Shown in pieces: positions 53,134-62,620 of a DNA stretch of 64,000 bases. The translations under genes and the position numbers were made by a program. Every line of letters begins with the position of its first letter. Position 1 is the first letter of the stretch. A model generated the notes under the pieces. That model searched no databases, was not told the origin of the DNA, and was given only the letters and a program-made list of their open reading frames with translations. The DNA is from an uncultured Pseudomonadales bacterium. GTDB taxonomy: Bacteria > Pseudomonadota > Alphaproteobacteria > UBA2136 > UBA6156. The stretch lies in assembly GCA_964601735.1 (NCBI GenBank), contig CAZROO010000002.1, forward strand, positions 61,109 through 125,108. Reading direction: 5' to 3'.

Positions 53134-54519
53134 ATGAATACCCTGCCGATGCTGACCGACGACACCCGCACGCTCCAAAAGGGCGAGGTCTTCGTCTGGG
53201 ACGAACGCAATAAACCCGGCATCGCCGAAAAACTCTTTGCCGAAGCCAAAGCCAAAGGCGCGGCCGAAATCATCAGCAATATAAAGGCCGAGGGCGTTAC
53301 CTTTAACGCCCAGCCGGGAGAGGTCCTGGCCCAGTGGGCTGCACGGCATTGGCCAAATCAACCGGCCAAAATGCTCGGCGTCACCGGCACCAGCGGCAAA
53401 ACCTCGGTGGCGTGGTTTGCGCAGCAACTGGCGGCGGCCTGCGGTGTTAATGCTGCCGGCATCGGCACGCTGGGCGTGGTACGCAATAGTAAAGTCGAGG
53501 ATTACACCGGCTACACCAGCCCCACCGCGCTGCAACTGCACCCGCGCCTGCAAAAACTGGCGGAAGAAAAAGTGGAAGTCTGCGCGCTCGAAGTCTCCAG
53601 CCACGCGCTCGACCTGCGCCGTGTCGAAGGCGTCCATTTCACCGCCGCGGCACTCACCAACATCACGCAGGACCACCTCGATTTCCACGGAACCCTCGAG
53701 GCCTACGCCGCAGCCAAGTTGCGGCTGTTCAGCGAAGTGCTGCCCGAAGGCTCAACGGCGGTGCTCAACATCACGCGGCCCGAAAGCTGGCCCGCCGCCG
53801 CTATCGCCAAGCAGCGCGGGCTTCACGTTATCACCGCAGGTACTGCCAATGCCGAACTCGTGTCCGAGGTGGTTAAAGCCGATGCGCGCGGCCTGCAACT
53901 GAACCTGAAATTCGATGCCACGCCGGTGCCTGTCACCGTGCCGCTGGTCGGCGCCTTCCAGGCCGAGAATCTTGCGGTAAGTCTGGGCCTGCTGGTGGCC
54001 GCCGGGCTGGACTGGAAACAACTCGCCAAAGCGGTACAAAAGGTGGCCAGCGTCCCGGGCCGCATGGAACTCACCACCGTCAAAAACAAACCTACCGTCG
54101 TCGTCGATTACGCCCACAAGCCCGATGCGCTGCAACGCGCGCTGGAAAGCCTGCGCCCGATTACGGCGGGTAAACTCTGGGTGGTATTCGGCTGCGGCGG
54201 CAACCGCGACGCCACCAAGCGCCTGCTCATGGGTGAAATCGCCGCCAGGCTGGCAAATGAAGTCATCGTCACCGACGACAATCCGCGCAGGGAAAACGCC
54301 GCCGATATCCGCAAGGCCGTCATGGAAGGCGTCACGCGTGGCGGCGGCAAGGGCAAGGATATCGGTGATCGCCGTGAAGCTATCAACTACGCAATCGGAA
54401 AAGCCGGGCCGGACGACGTCATTCTGGTGGCAGGCAAGGGCCACGAAGAAGGCCAGATTGTCGGCAATGACGTCCTGCCGTTCGATGATCGCGTGGTGGT
54501 GAGGGAGGCATTGGCCTAA
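53134..54519 (+). CDS. murE: UDP-N-acetylmuramoyl-tripeptide synthetase MurE
   Basis: GVTGTSGKTS, the DNPRRE motif, and Mur ligase middle and C-terminal domains. Trimmed to ATG 53134, just after the ftsI stop. Confidence 0.92.
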   Translation: MNTLPMLTDDTRTLQKGEVFVWDERNKPGIAEKLFAEAKAKGAAEIISNIKAEGVTFNAQPGEVLAQWAARHWPNQPAKMLGVTGTSGKTSVAWFAQQLAAACGVNAAGIGTLGVVRNSKVEDYTGYTSPTALQLHPRLQKLAEEKVEVCALEVSSHALDLRRVEGVHFTAAALTNITQDHLDFHGTLEAYAAAKLRLFSEVLPEGSTAVLNITRPESWPAAAIAKQRGLHVITAGTANAELVSEVVKADARGLQLNLKFDATPVPVTVPLVGAFQAENLAVSLGLLVAAGLDWKQLAKAVQKVASVPGRMELTTVKNKPTVVVDYAHKPDALQRALESLRPITAGKLWVVFGCGGNRDATKRLLMGEIAARLANEVIVTDDNPRRENAADIRKAVMEGVTRGGGKGKDIGDRREAINYAIGKAGPDDVILVAGKGHEEGQIVGNDVLPFDDRVVVREALA

Positions 54520-55895
54520 TGGCATTGTGGACGATTGACGAAGTGGCCAAGGCGTTGGGCCTTGGAGGCAAGTGGCCCAAAACGGCTATTGATTTCGTCA
54601 CGCAGGACAGCCGCCTGGTCAAACCCGGCAGCCTGTTCGTGGCGCTGGCGGGTACGCCCAGTGGCGGGTTCGTCAGTAGCTTCGCCAGCGCGCGCGACGG
54701 CTGGGAGTTCGCCGCCCAGGCACAAGCCGCAGGCGCTACAGCCATCATTGTCCCACACGAAATCGACGGCATCAAAATCCCGCAACTGGTGGTGCCTGAT
54801 ACACTGATGGACGGCCTCTGGGCGCTGGCCCGCGCCGCGCGGGCGCGCTTCAAAGGCCCGGTCATCGGCCTCACCGGCAGTGCGGGCAAAACCAGCACCA
54901 AGGAATTTCTTGCCGCCTATCCCAAAGCCTCGGCCAGCCCCAGCAGTTTCAACAATTTCTGGGGCGTGCCGCTCACGCTCATCAACGCCAACCCCAAGGC
55001 CAGTCTGTGGGTGGTGGAAATGGGCATGAACCAGCCCGGCGAAATCGCCCGCCTCAGCGAGCTGGCAAGACCCACCGTGGCGCTGGTGGTCAACGTCCAG
55101 CCGGTGCACCTCGAAAAACTCGGCAGCCTCGAAGCCATCCGCCACGAAAAGGTGAGCATCGCCAAAGGCCTGCCGCCCAAAGAGGGCATACTGGTGCTGC
55201 CGATGGACGTCGACGCGCCGGAATGGATTGGCCACACAATCAGGTTCGGCGACGCCAGTGAAGTACGTGAACTGCACCACAAGGCAGTAGGCGAGCGCTG
55301 GAAAGTTGTAGCCGAAGTACGCAGCGAGCCGGTGCATTTCAGCCTCACGCCCGGCGCCCCGCACCGCCTGCATAACGCGCTGGCGGCGCTGGCCGCCATC
55401 CACGCTGCCGGGTTGGACGTGCAGGCGCTGGCCAAAAAGTTCAACAAGGTAGGTATCATGACGGGCCGCGGCGTCGAACAAACCGCAGGCGGCATCACCG
55501 TCATCGATGATAGCTTCAACGGTAATCCCGCCAGCGTCCGCGCGGCCATCGAAAGCCTGAAGGCTCGCCCCTTAAAGAATGGCCGTCGCATTGCGATATT
55601 GGGTGACATGCTCGAACTGGGCGACGAAGCGCCGAAGTACCATGAAGGTCTGAATGAGTTCCTTATTGGTATCGACGGTATCTACTGCGTCGGCCACCTG
55701 ATGCGTCATCTCTACGACCTGCTGCCGGTCGATAAAGGCCTGGGCTGGCACGACGACCCGGCCACCATCGACGTGCAAAAAATCGCCCACCTGCTGCGTC
55801 CGGGCGATGTCGTCGTGGTCAAGGGCAGCAAAAAAATGTTCTGGGTGAACAAGTTTGTGCCCAGGCTGCTGGCGGCCCTGCAATCAAAAGCGTAG
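54519..55895 (+). CDS. murF: UDP-N-acetylmuramoyl-tripeptide--D-alanyl-D-alanine ligase MurF
   Basis: GLTGSAGKTSTKE and the Mur ligase domains. TAATG overlap with murE. Confidence 0.92.
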   Translation: MALWTIDEVAKALGLGGKWPKTAIDFVTQDSRLVKPGSLFVALAGTPSGGFVSSFASARDGWEFAAQAQAAGATAIIVPHEIDGIKIPQLVVPDTLMDGLWALARAARARFKGPVIGLTGSAGKTSTKEFLAAYPKASASPSSFNNFWGVPLTLINANPKASLWVVEMGMNQPGEIARLSELARPTVALVVNVQPVHLEKLGSLEAIRHEKVSIAKGLPPKEGILVLPMDVDAPEWIGHTIRFGDASEVRELHHKAVGERWKVVAEVRSEPVHFSLTPGAPHRLHNALAALAAIHAAGLDVQALAKKFNKVGIMTGRGVEQTAGGITVIDDSFNGNPASVRAAIESLKARPLKNGRRIAILGDMLELGDEAPKYHEGLNEFLIGIDGIYCVGHLMRHLYDLLPVDKGLGWHDDPATIDVQKIAHLLRPGDVVVVKGSKKMFWVNKFVPRLLAALQSKA

Positions 55896-55903
55896 ATTAG
55901 GCC

Positions 55904-56983
55904 ATGCTGTATCACTTGCTGTTCCCGCTTACCAAATACGTCAGCTTCTTCAATTTGTTCCAGTACGTCACGGTACGGGCGGGCGGTGCCATGCTCACCG
56001 CGTTTTTGCTGGCACTGTGGTTCGGCCCCAAACTGATCGTGCATTTCCGCCTCTGGCAAAAGGGCGGCGATACGGTCAAGGAAGTCCTGCCGCACCAAAC
56101 CAAGGCTGGAACACCCACTATGGGTGGCGCGCTGGTGGTTTCCACCCTCGTTATCAGCACCTTGCTGTGGTGCGTGCTCACCAACCCCTACGTCTGGCTG
56201 GTGCTCGCCTTGGTGCTGGGCTTCGCCGCACTGGGTTTTGCCGACGACTACCTCAACCTCACCCGCCGCTGGAAGCGCGGTGTACCGGGCCGCATCCGCC
56301 TCGCATCAGGCGCGCTCGTCAGTGCGGCGTTTGTGGGTGGGTATGTCGCCATTTTCGGCCACGAAGCGACAGTGGTGCACATGCCGTTCTTCAAGCTGGC
56401 GGCGCTGGATTTCGGCCTCTATGGTTTTGTTTTGTTTTCTATTTTCGTCATCGTCGGTAGCGCCAACGCCGTCAACCTGACAGATGGCCTCGATGGTCTC
56501 GTCAGCATCCCAGCCGTCATCGTCGCTACCACGCTGGCGGTTCTCTCTTACGTCATCGGCCGCGCCGATTACACCGCCTACCTGCACCTGGCGCACCTGC
56601 CGGGCGCGGGCGAAGTGGCAGTAATGTGTGCCGCGCTGGCAGGCGCCATGCTTGGCTTCCTGTGGTTTAACGCACCGCCCGCGCGCATTTTTCTGGGCGA
56701 TACCGGCTCGCTCCCAGTAGGTGCCATGCTCGGCGCGGTGGCGGTGCTCATCAAGCAGGAGTTCGCGCTGGCCATCATCGGCGGCCTGTTCGTGCTCGAA
56801 ACTTTCTCTGTCATCATCCAGGTCATGAGCTTTAAGCTCACCGGCAAGCGGGTATTCCGCATGGCGCCGCTGCACCACCATTTCGAGCAACTCGGCTGGC
56901 CCGAAAGCACCATCGTGGTACGCTTCTGGATCATCAGCCTCATCCTTGCCCTGCTGGGCCTCGCCACGCTCAAGCTGCGGTAG
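55904..56983 (+). CDS. mraY: phospho-N-acetylmuramoyl-pentapeptide transferase MraY
   Basis: 359 aa. GTPTMGG, NAVNLTDGLDGL, FLGDTGSL and MAPLHHHFE. Confidence 0.96.
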   Translation: MLYHLLFPLTKYVSFFNLFQYVTVRAGGAMLTAFLLALWFGPKLIVHFRLWQKGGDTVKEVLPHQTKAGTPTMGGALVVSTLVISTLLWCVLTNPYVWLVLALVLGFAALGFADDYLNLTRRWKRGVPGRIRLASGALVSAAFVGGYVAIFGHEATVVHMPFFKLAALDFGLYGFVLFSIFVIVGSANAVNLTDGLDGLVSIPAVIVATTLAVLSYVIGRADYTAYLHLAHLPGAGEVAVMCAALAGAMLGFLWFNAPPARIFLGDTGSLPVGAMLGAVAVLIKQEFALAIIGGLFVLETFSVIIQVMSFKLTGKRVFRMAPLHHHFEQLGWPESTIVVRFWIISLILALLGLATLKLR

Positions 56984-56986
56984 TTT

Positions 56987-58354
56987 ATGCCTGATCTTCC
57001 CAAGAGTATGAAACTCGGTTTTACCAAAGCGGTACTGGTACACGGGCTGGGGCTGACCGGCACGGCGGTGGCTGCCGAACTTGCACGCCGCGGCGTAAAG
57101 GTACTGGCCTGGGACGACAAACCCGAAAACCGCGCCAGCCTGCCCGCTGGTGTCGAACTCGCCTCCGCCACGCCCGACTGGAGCACCATCGAAGCCGTCA
57201 TTAAAAGCCCAGGTATTTCCATGACTCATGGTCTGGTCAAAGCCGCGCAGGCCGCCGGGGTGGCCGTGATGGGTGATATGGATTTGCTCTGGCGTCGTGA
57301 GCAGGGCAGGGGTACCAAATTCATCGGCATCACCGGCACCAACGGCAAAAGCACCACCACCGCGCTCGTTGGCCACATCCTTAAAAACGCAGGCGTGCCA
57401 GTGGCGGTGGGTGGCAACATCGGCGAGCCGGTGCTGGGCCTGCCCGAGCTGCCCGAAGGCGGCTGGTACGTGCTGGAGATGAGCAGCTTCCAACTCGAAA
57501 CGCTGGCCGAGCTCAAGGTGGACGGCGGCCTGCTGCTGAACCTCACCCCCGACCACCTCGACCGACACGGCGACATGGAAGGCTACCTCGCCACCAAGCT
57601 GCGCCTGTTCAAACTGGCACAGGAGAACGCGGTGAAGGTGCTCGGCATCGACTCCGCACCGCTCAAGCAACTGGTGCGCAAGGGCGGCTTCACCAGCGTG
57701 AGCGTCACCGGCGAACTGGCCAGTTATCAAGTCGACGATGCAGGCGAACTGTGGCGTGGCGATAAACTGATGGGTGATGTCAGCGTGTTCGAGCGACTCC
57801 CCGGTGCGCACAACTGGCAAAACATCGCCTGTGCCTACGCGCTGCTCAAAGGCCTCAAGCTGGTCAGCGACGCGGAATTCTTTACCGGCGTGCAAACTTT
57901 CACCGGCCTGCCGCACCGGCTGGAGCGCGTGCGCCAAATTGATACGAGCTTTGGCAACGTGGGCTTCATCAACGACAGTAAAGCCACCAACGGCGACAGC
58001 GTCGTGCCCGCGCTCAAAAGCTTCGGCGACATTTTCTGGATTTGCGGTGGGCGGCCCAAAAGCGACGGGCTCGACGGCGTCATCAACGCAGGCGTACTCG
58101 GCAGCGTGCGCGCGGCCTTCACCATCGGCGAAGCCGGCCACGATTTCGCTATGGCACTGCGCGGGCAGGGCGTGCAGGCCTACGAGTGCGGCACGCTCGA
58201 CAAAGCCATCCGCGACGCCTACGCCGCCGCCAAACAAAGCAATCTCGAAAAACCCGTGGTGCTGCTCTCCCCCGCCTGCGCCAGCTACGACCAGTTCCGC
58301 AACTACGAGCAACGCGGCGAAGCCTTCGCCAAAATCGTCCGGGGGCTCGACTAA
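56987..58354 (+). CDS. murD: UDP-N-acetylmuramoylalanine--D-glutamate ligase MurD
   Basis: GITGTNGKSTT, NDSKATN and the Mur ligase domains. Its stop codon overlaps the lpxC stop on the opposite strand. Confidence 0.93.
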   Translation: MPDLPKSMKLGFTKAVLVHGLGLTGTAVAAELARRGVKVLAWDDKPENRASLPAGVELASATPDWSTIEAVIKSPGISMTHGLVKAAQAAGVAVMGDMDLLWRREQGRGTKFIGITGTNGKSTTTALVGHILKNAGVPVAVGGNIGEPVLGLPELPEGGWYVLEMSSFQLETLAELKVDGGLLLNLTPDHLDRHGDMEGYLATKLRLFKLAQENAVKVLGIDSAPLKQLVRKGGFTSVSVTGELASYQVDDAGELWRGDKLMGDVSVFERLPGAHNWQNIACAYALLKGLKLVSDAEFFTGVQTFTGLPHRLERVRQIDTSFGNVGFINDSKATNGDSVVPALKSFGDIFWICGGRPKSDGLDGVINAGVLGSVRAAFTIGEAGHDFAMALRGQGVQAYECGTLDKAIRDAYAAAKQSNLEKPVVLLSPACASYDQFRNYEQRGEAFAKIVRGLD

Positions 58355-59166
58355 ACCAGTTTCCGCAGCAGCATATTGTTAACGGTATGCCCGGGCCGGT
58401 CGAGCGTAAAAGCGCCCAGCACCGGCTTACCGGCAAGGAACAGGTCGCCGATGGCATCGAGCGTTTTGTGGCGCACGGCTTCGTCGGCAAAGCGCAAACC
58501 ACCGGGGTTCATGACCTCGCCGTTGTTGAGGAACATGACGCCGCCCTCAAGGCTGGCACCCTTGGCAAAACCGGCGGCCTGCGCCTGCTTGAGTTCGTCC
58601 TCGAGAATAAAGGTGCGCGCCGGAGCGATTTCAGCCTTATAGATTTCCGGCGTCAGCGTGCCGTGCCAGCGCTGCGCGCCGATTTTGGGGTGGGGAAAAT
58701 CCACGCGGCAATCAAGGGTAAAGCTGCTGGCTGGCGCCGCCGTCAACGTGCGGTTGTTGTCCTCAAGACTGACCGGCTGGGCCACCTTCAAAAACTCGAT
58801 GGGCTCATCAAGGCTCATGATGCGTGCCTGCTCGAGCAACTGCACCCAGGGCAGGGCCGATCCGTCCAGAATAGGCACTTCCGGCCCATCCACTTCAATT
58901 TCGATATCGGTGATGCCCATGCCGTGCAACGCCGAGAGCAAATGCTCAACGGTGGAAAGCGTCGTGCCGTGAGAATTCGTCAGCAGTGTGCACAGCGGGC
59001 TGGGGCGGGCATTCTGCGGCGCGAGCGTAAAGCTTTGGGGGTGCATGTCGGTGCGCGTCAGCGCAATGCCATCCTCAAATGGCGCCAGCGTGACCTTGGC
59101 TTTCACACCGGTATGAACACCGATGCCCTCAATACTGACTTCGTGGGAAATGGTTTGGCGGAACAT
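58351..59166 (-). CDS. lpxC: UDP-3-O-acyl-N-acetylglucosamine deacetylase LpxC (short, 271 aa)
   Basis: EGIGVHTG, TVEHLLSALHGMGI, GPEVPILDGSA and HKTLDAIGDL. Confidence 0.9.
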   Translation of the reverse strand: MFRQTISHEVSIEGIGVHTGVKAKVTLAPFEDGIALTRTDMHPQSFTLAPQNARPSPLCTLLTNSHGTTLSTVEHLLSALHGMGITDIEIEVDGPEVPILDGSALPWVQLLEQARIMSLDEPIEFLKVAQPVSLEDNNRTLTAAPASSFTLDCRVDFPHPKIGAQRWHGTLTPEIYKAEIAPARTFILEDELKQAQAAGFAKGASLEGGVMFLNNGEVMNPGGLRFADEAVRHKTLDAIGDLFLAGKPVLGAFTLDRPGHTVNNMLLRKLV

Positions 59167-59221
59167 GCCGCCCTTATAGCATGAAAAGGGCGGCTGAGCC
59201 GCCCCAAATCAGGTAAGCGGG

Positions 59222-60397
59222 TTAATTCGCCTGACGACGCAGGAAAGCCGGGATTTCCAAATCGCCCCATTCATCGTCCTCCGCGGCTTCCTTGGCCTTG
59301 GCCTTGGTGGCGGCGGCGGTAAAATCCTTCACGTTCTGCACCGGAGCCGTCTCTTCAACGTGCTTGGGCTCCATCTTGGCAGCAGGCTTCAGCGCATTGA
59401 GGTCAAACGTACCGGTCGACTTCTTCTTGCCTTCGCCCAGGCCGGTGGCCACAACGGACACGCGAATCTTGCCCTTGAGGCTGGAATCGAACGCAGTGCC
59501 GAAAATAATGTTGGCTTCGGGGTCGACTTCCTCACGGATACGGTTGGCGGCTTCGTCCACTTCGTATAGTTGCAGGTCGTCTTCCGAGGCCGTGATGTTG
59601 ATGAGAACGCCCTTGGCGCCGGAAAGGCTGATACCGTCCAGCAGCGGGCTGGAAATGGCCTGCTCGGCGGCTTGGATGGCCCGGCGTTCGCCTTCGGCTT
59701 CACCCGCGCCCATCATGGCCTGACCCATCTCGCTCATCACGGTCTTGATGTCATTGAAGTCGAGATTGATATGGCCGGGCACCAGCATCAGGTCAGTCAC
59801 GCCACGCACACCCTTATAAAGGATGTCGTCAGCCATCTTGAAAGCTTCCTTCAACGTAGTGCGCTCGGTGGCCACGCGGAAAAGGTTTTGGTTCGGAATG
59901 ACGATGACGGTATCGGCAATTTCCTGCAACTGGCCCACGCCGCCTTCTGCCACGCGCATGCGGCGGTTGCCTTCAAATGCAAACGGCTTGGTGACCACGG
60001 CAACGGTTAAAATCCCTTGCTCGCGCGCTGCGCGGGCAATAACCGGGGCTGCGCCGGTGCCGGTGCCGCCGCCCATGCCGGCGGTGATGAACACCATGTG
60101 GCTGCCGCGGATGGCTTCGCAAATTTCTTCGTACGATTCCTCGGCGGCGGCGGCACCCACTTCGGGGTTGGCGCCCGCGCCCAGGCCTTCGGTCAGGGTA
60201 CGGCCCAGGTGGAGTTTGATTTCGGCGCTTTGGCGTTCCATCACCTGCATGTCGGTGTTCGATACCGCAAAGGTGGCGCCGCGCAGCTCGGCCTTAATCA
60301 TGTTCTCGACAGCGTTGCCGCCCGCGCCGCCCACGCCGATGACCATGATACGGGGCTGGTGGACGTTTTCCTTCACCATGCTGATATTGAGCGACAT
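59222..60397 (-). CDS. ftsZ: cell division GTPase FtsZ (391 aa)
   Basis: Trimmed to ATG 60397. [31 protein letters not shown] and the C-terminal peptide [11 protein letters not shown]. Confidence 0.96.
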   Translation of the reverse strand: MSLNISMVKENVHQPRIMVIGVGGAGGNAVENMIKAELRGATFAVSNTDMQVMERQSAEIKLHLGRTLTEGLGAGANPEVGAAAAEESYEEICEAIRGSHMVFITAGMGGGTGTGAAPVIARAAREQGILTVAVVTKPFAFEGNRRMRVAEGGVGQLQEIADTVIVIPNQNLFRVATERTTLKEAFKMADDILYKGVRGVTDLMLVPGHINLDFNDIKTVMSEMGQAMMGAGEAEGERRAIQAAEQAISSPLLDGISLSGAKGVLINITASEDDLQLYEVDEAANRIREEVDPEANIIFGTAFDSSLKGKIRVSVVATGLGEGKKKSTGTFDLNALKPAAKMEPKHVEETAPVQNVKDFTAAATKAKAKEAAEDDEWGDLEIPAFLRRQAN

Positions 60398-60597
60398 CTG
60401 TCTTCTTTCGTAACTTTTTATTCTGGCGGGTGAGCCGAACTTGGAATCGATGTTACGCACCTGCGCCGCCGCGCGCCATACCAATGCTGAAAAACCCGCC
60501 ACACACACAAGAGAAATTGCCTACCCCGTGCGCTGTTGTGGTCACAGTTTATCTTTAGTATACAAAATTAAGCCTTAACTCGTTGAGAGGAAACATC

Positions 60598-61146
60598 ATG
60601 AATATCGTTTATGCACGGCAGCCGTTGCCGCCCTTGGTTGATGGCAAGGTACCCAATAGCATGTTTCTGTTTGGCCCCACGCCACGTGAAGAGAACATAC
60701 CAAGCTGGCGCCCTCGGGCGCTGGATTTTCTGCGACAAGCACGGTTTAACGGCGTTGTGTTCGTACCGGAAAACGAAGAGTGGGGCCTGGATAAGGTCAT
60801 TTATGAAGAACAGACCCGCTGGGAAATCACCGCAGCAGGCATCAGCAAGGTACGCGTGGTATGGATTCCACGCGAGCTGGCGCATATGCCTGCCTTTACC
60901 ACCAATACCGAGTACGGCTTCGTTATCGCCTTCGACCCCGGAAGCGTAGTATTGGGTTGCCCGATGGGTGCCGTTAAGGTGGCCTACCAAAAGCAGCTGG
61001 CGCGGGACATTATGCTGCTGCATGCGGCCTTTGAAGCCGACATTGTACGCCGGTATGGCCAAGCTGCGCCGTTACCGGAACCTATCCATACGTTTGAAAC
61101 GTTGGAAGAAACTCTGTTCAAGGCCGTTGAAATAGCCGCTGCGTGA
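60598..61146 (+). CDS. nucleoside 2-deoxyribosyltransferase-like (Nuc_deoxyri_tr2-type) domain protein (182 aa)
   Basis: GAGAGGAA Shine-Dalgarno sequence before ATG 60598. The pattern MFLFGPTPR...SWRPRALDFL...GVVFVPE...YEEQTRWE...VVWIPRELAHMPAFTTNTEYG matches that family as I remember it. A/T-ending codons are visibly more frequent than in the neighbours. Confidence 0.7.
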   Translation: MNIVYARQPLPPLVDGKVPNSMFLFGPTPREENIPSWRPRALDFLRQARFNGVVFVPENEEWGLDKVIYEEQTRWEITAAGISKVRVVWIPRELAHMPAFTTNTEYGFVIAFDPGSVVLGCPMGAVKVAYQKQLARDIMLLHAAFEADIVRRYGQAAPLPEPIHTFETLEETLFKAVEIAAA

Positions 61147-61175
61147 AAAAAGCCGCCCCATAGGGCGGCTTTTTT
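61146..61175. terminator. bidirectional terminator between the NDT-like gene and ftsA
   Basis: AAAAAAGCCGCCC-CATA-GGGCGGCTTTTTT. Confidence 0.85.
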
Positions 61176-61179
61176 AAAT

Positions 61180-62427
61180 TCAAGAAGCGAACCGCAAAAG
61201 CCGGGCCATATTACCCACCCATTGCCCCAGCTTGCCGTCCTTTACGCGCACGCGGCTGGCCTGCGCGGCCTGGCGGGCGCCGTACATCAGCAGGCCCACG
61301 CCGGTGGCAAAGGCGGGGGCCGAAGAAAGGTCTGTCAGGCCCTGCACGCCGTTGGGGCGGGCGAGGCGAACACTCTTATCCATCACCACTTCGGCGAGTT
61401 GGCGCAGGCCGGTAAGCTGCGAACCGCCGCCGGTCAGCACCACGCGGCGGCCGATGGCGTTTTCGTAGCCGCTCTGTTCAATCTTGTCGCGAATCAGCTC
61501 CAGCATTTCCTCGCAACGCGGCTGGATGATGCCGGAGAGCGCGCTCTTGGTCATGCGGATGGGCTCGTTGCCGGCATCCTCGCCCACCACGGGGATTTCA
61601 ATCTCATCATCGGCGGTAATCAGGCTGGAAAGCGCGCAACCGTGCAGTACCTTGATGCGCTCTGCGGCGGAAAGCGGGGTGGAAATGCCACGCGCGATGT
61701 CGGCGGTCACATGCTGGCCGCCAATCGGAATCACGCCGGTGTAAACCAGCGCGCCGTCGGCATAAATGGCGATGTCCGAACTGCCGCCACCAATGTCCAC
61801 CAGCGCCACGCCAAGCTCGCGCTCGTCGTTCACCAGCGTCGAAAGCGCGCTGGCATAAGGCTGTACCACAAGGTCCTGCACTTCAAGGTTGGCGCGTTCC
61901 ACACAACGCACCACGTTGCGCAGCGCGGCGGTGGGGGCGGTGATGATGTGTACGTCGGCCTCGAGGCGGGCGCCGGTCATGCCGCGCGGGTCACGGATGT
62001 CTGCCTGGCTGTCGAGCACGTACTTGGTGGCCTGGGCGTGGATAATCTGGCGGTCGCCCTCAATCTGGCGGGCGCGGGCCACGTCGATGACCTTGAACAC
62101 GTCGGCATCAGAAACCTCGTGGTTGGCATTCAACACCACCAGCCCGTCGGTCACGTGGCTCTTCAGGCCGACCCCGCCAAGGCTGACGAGCACGCCGGAA
62201 ATCTCAACCCCCGCCATGTCCTCCGCCGCATGCACGGCTTCGCGGATGGCGGTCTCAGTCCGGTCCATGTCCACGATCTGGCCTTTTTTGAGGCCTGTGG
62301 AGGCATGCTGGCCGTAGCCCAGCACGTGTGGATTATAGAATTCGTCCAGTTCTGCGATAAAACACGCAACCTTGCTGCTGCCGATATCCAGCCCGGCGAT
62401 AATCCGATTGCGACCGCGAGTGACCAT
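61180..62427 (-). CDS. ftsA: cell division protein FtsA
   Basis: 415 aa actin-like ATPase. GLDIGSSKV, DIGGGSSDIA, and the C-terminal amphipathic helix GQWVGNMARLLRF. Confidence 0.95.
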   Translation of the reverse strand: MVTRGRNRIIAGLDIGSSKVACFIAELDEFYNPHVLGYGQHASTGLKKGQIVDMDRTETAIREAVHAAEDMAGVEISGVLVSLGGVGLKSHVTDGLVVLNANHEVSDADVFKVIDVARARQIEGDRQIIHAQATKYVLDSQADIRDPRGMTGARLEADVHIITAPTAALRNVVRCVERANLEVQDLVVQPYASALSTLVNDERELGVALVDIGGGSSDIAIYADGALVYTGVIPIGGQHVTADIARGISTPLSAAERIKVLHGCALSSLITADDEIEIPVVGEDAGNEPIRMTKSALSGIIQPRCEEMLELIRDKIEQSGYENAIGRRVVLTGGGSQLTGLRQLAEVVMDKSVRLARPNGVQGLTDLSSAPAFATGVGLLMYGARQAAQASRVRVKDGKLGQWVGNMARLLRFAS

Positions 62428-62433
62428 GAGCGA

Positions 62434-62618
62434 GAGCCTACATCCCTATATTTTGTTGAGCTGTGCCGCTAACCGGCGGGATGATGAAATGTGGCGCGGC
62501 GAAGCGCGGTGATGACGGAGCCATCATAAGCGAGACGCGACGCATTTTAGCGCCCGGCCGGTTGCGGCCCGAAGGGTTGAGCTTCAACACAGCCAACAAA
62601 ATATAGGGATGTAGGCTC
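62434..62618. repeat. 185-bp element bounded by 25-bp perfect inverted repeats (MITE-like or large structured RNA)
   Basis: GAGCCTACATCCCTATATTTTGTTG (62434-62458) is the exact reverse complement of 62594-62618. The arms extend to about 31 bp with one bulge. The element fills the ftsQ-ftsA spacer. Confidence 0.75.
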
Positions 62619-62620
62619 AT

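Noticed and set aside
56306-58312. 668-aa minus-strand ORF opposite mraY/murD, and a 380-aa plus-strand ORF at 58042..59184 opposite lpxC
   Set aside because: Both overlap well-supported conserved genes in other frames, and their products are low-complexity.
62438-62620. 60-aa ORF inside the ftsQ-ftsA inverted-repeat element
   Set aside because: It starts and ends within the inverted-repeat arms and has no Shine-Dalgarno sequence. It is more simply explained as a chance frame in a structured element, but it is worth rechecking if the element proves to be mobile.
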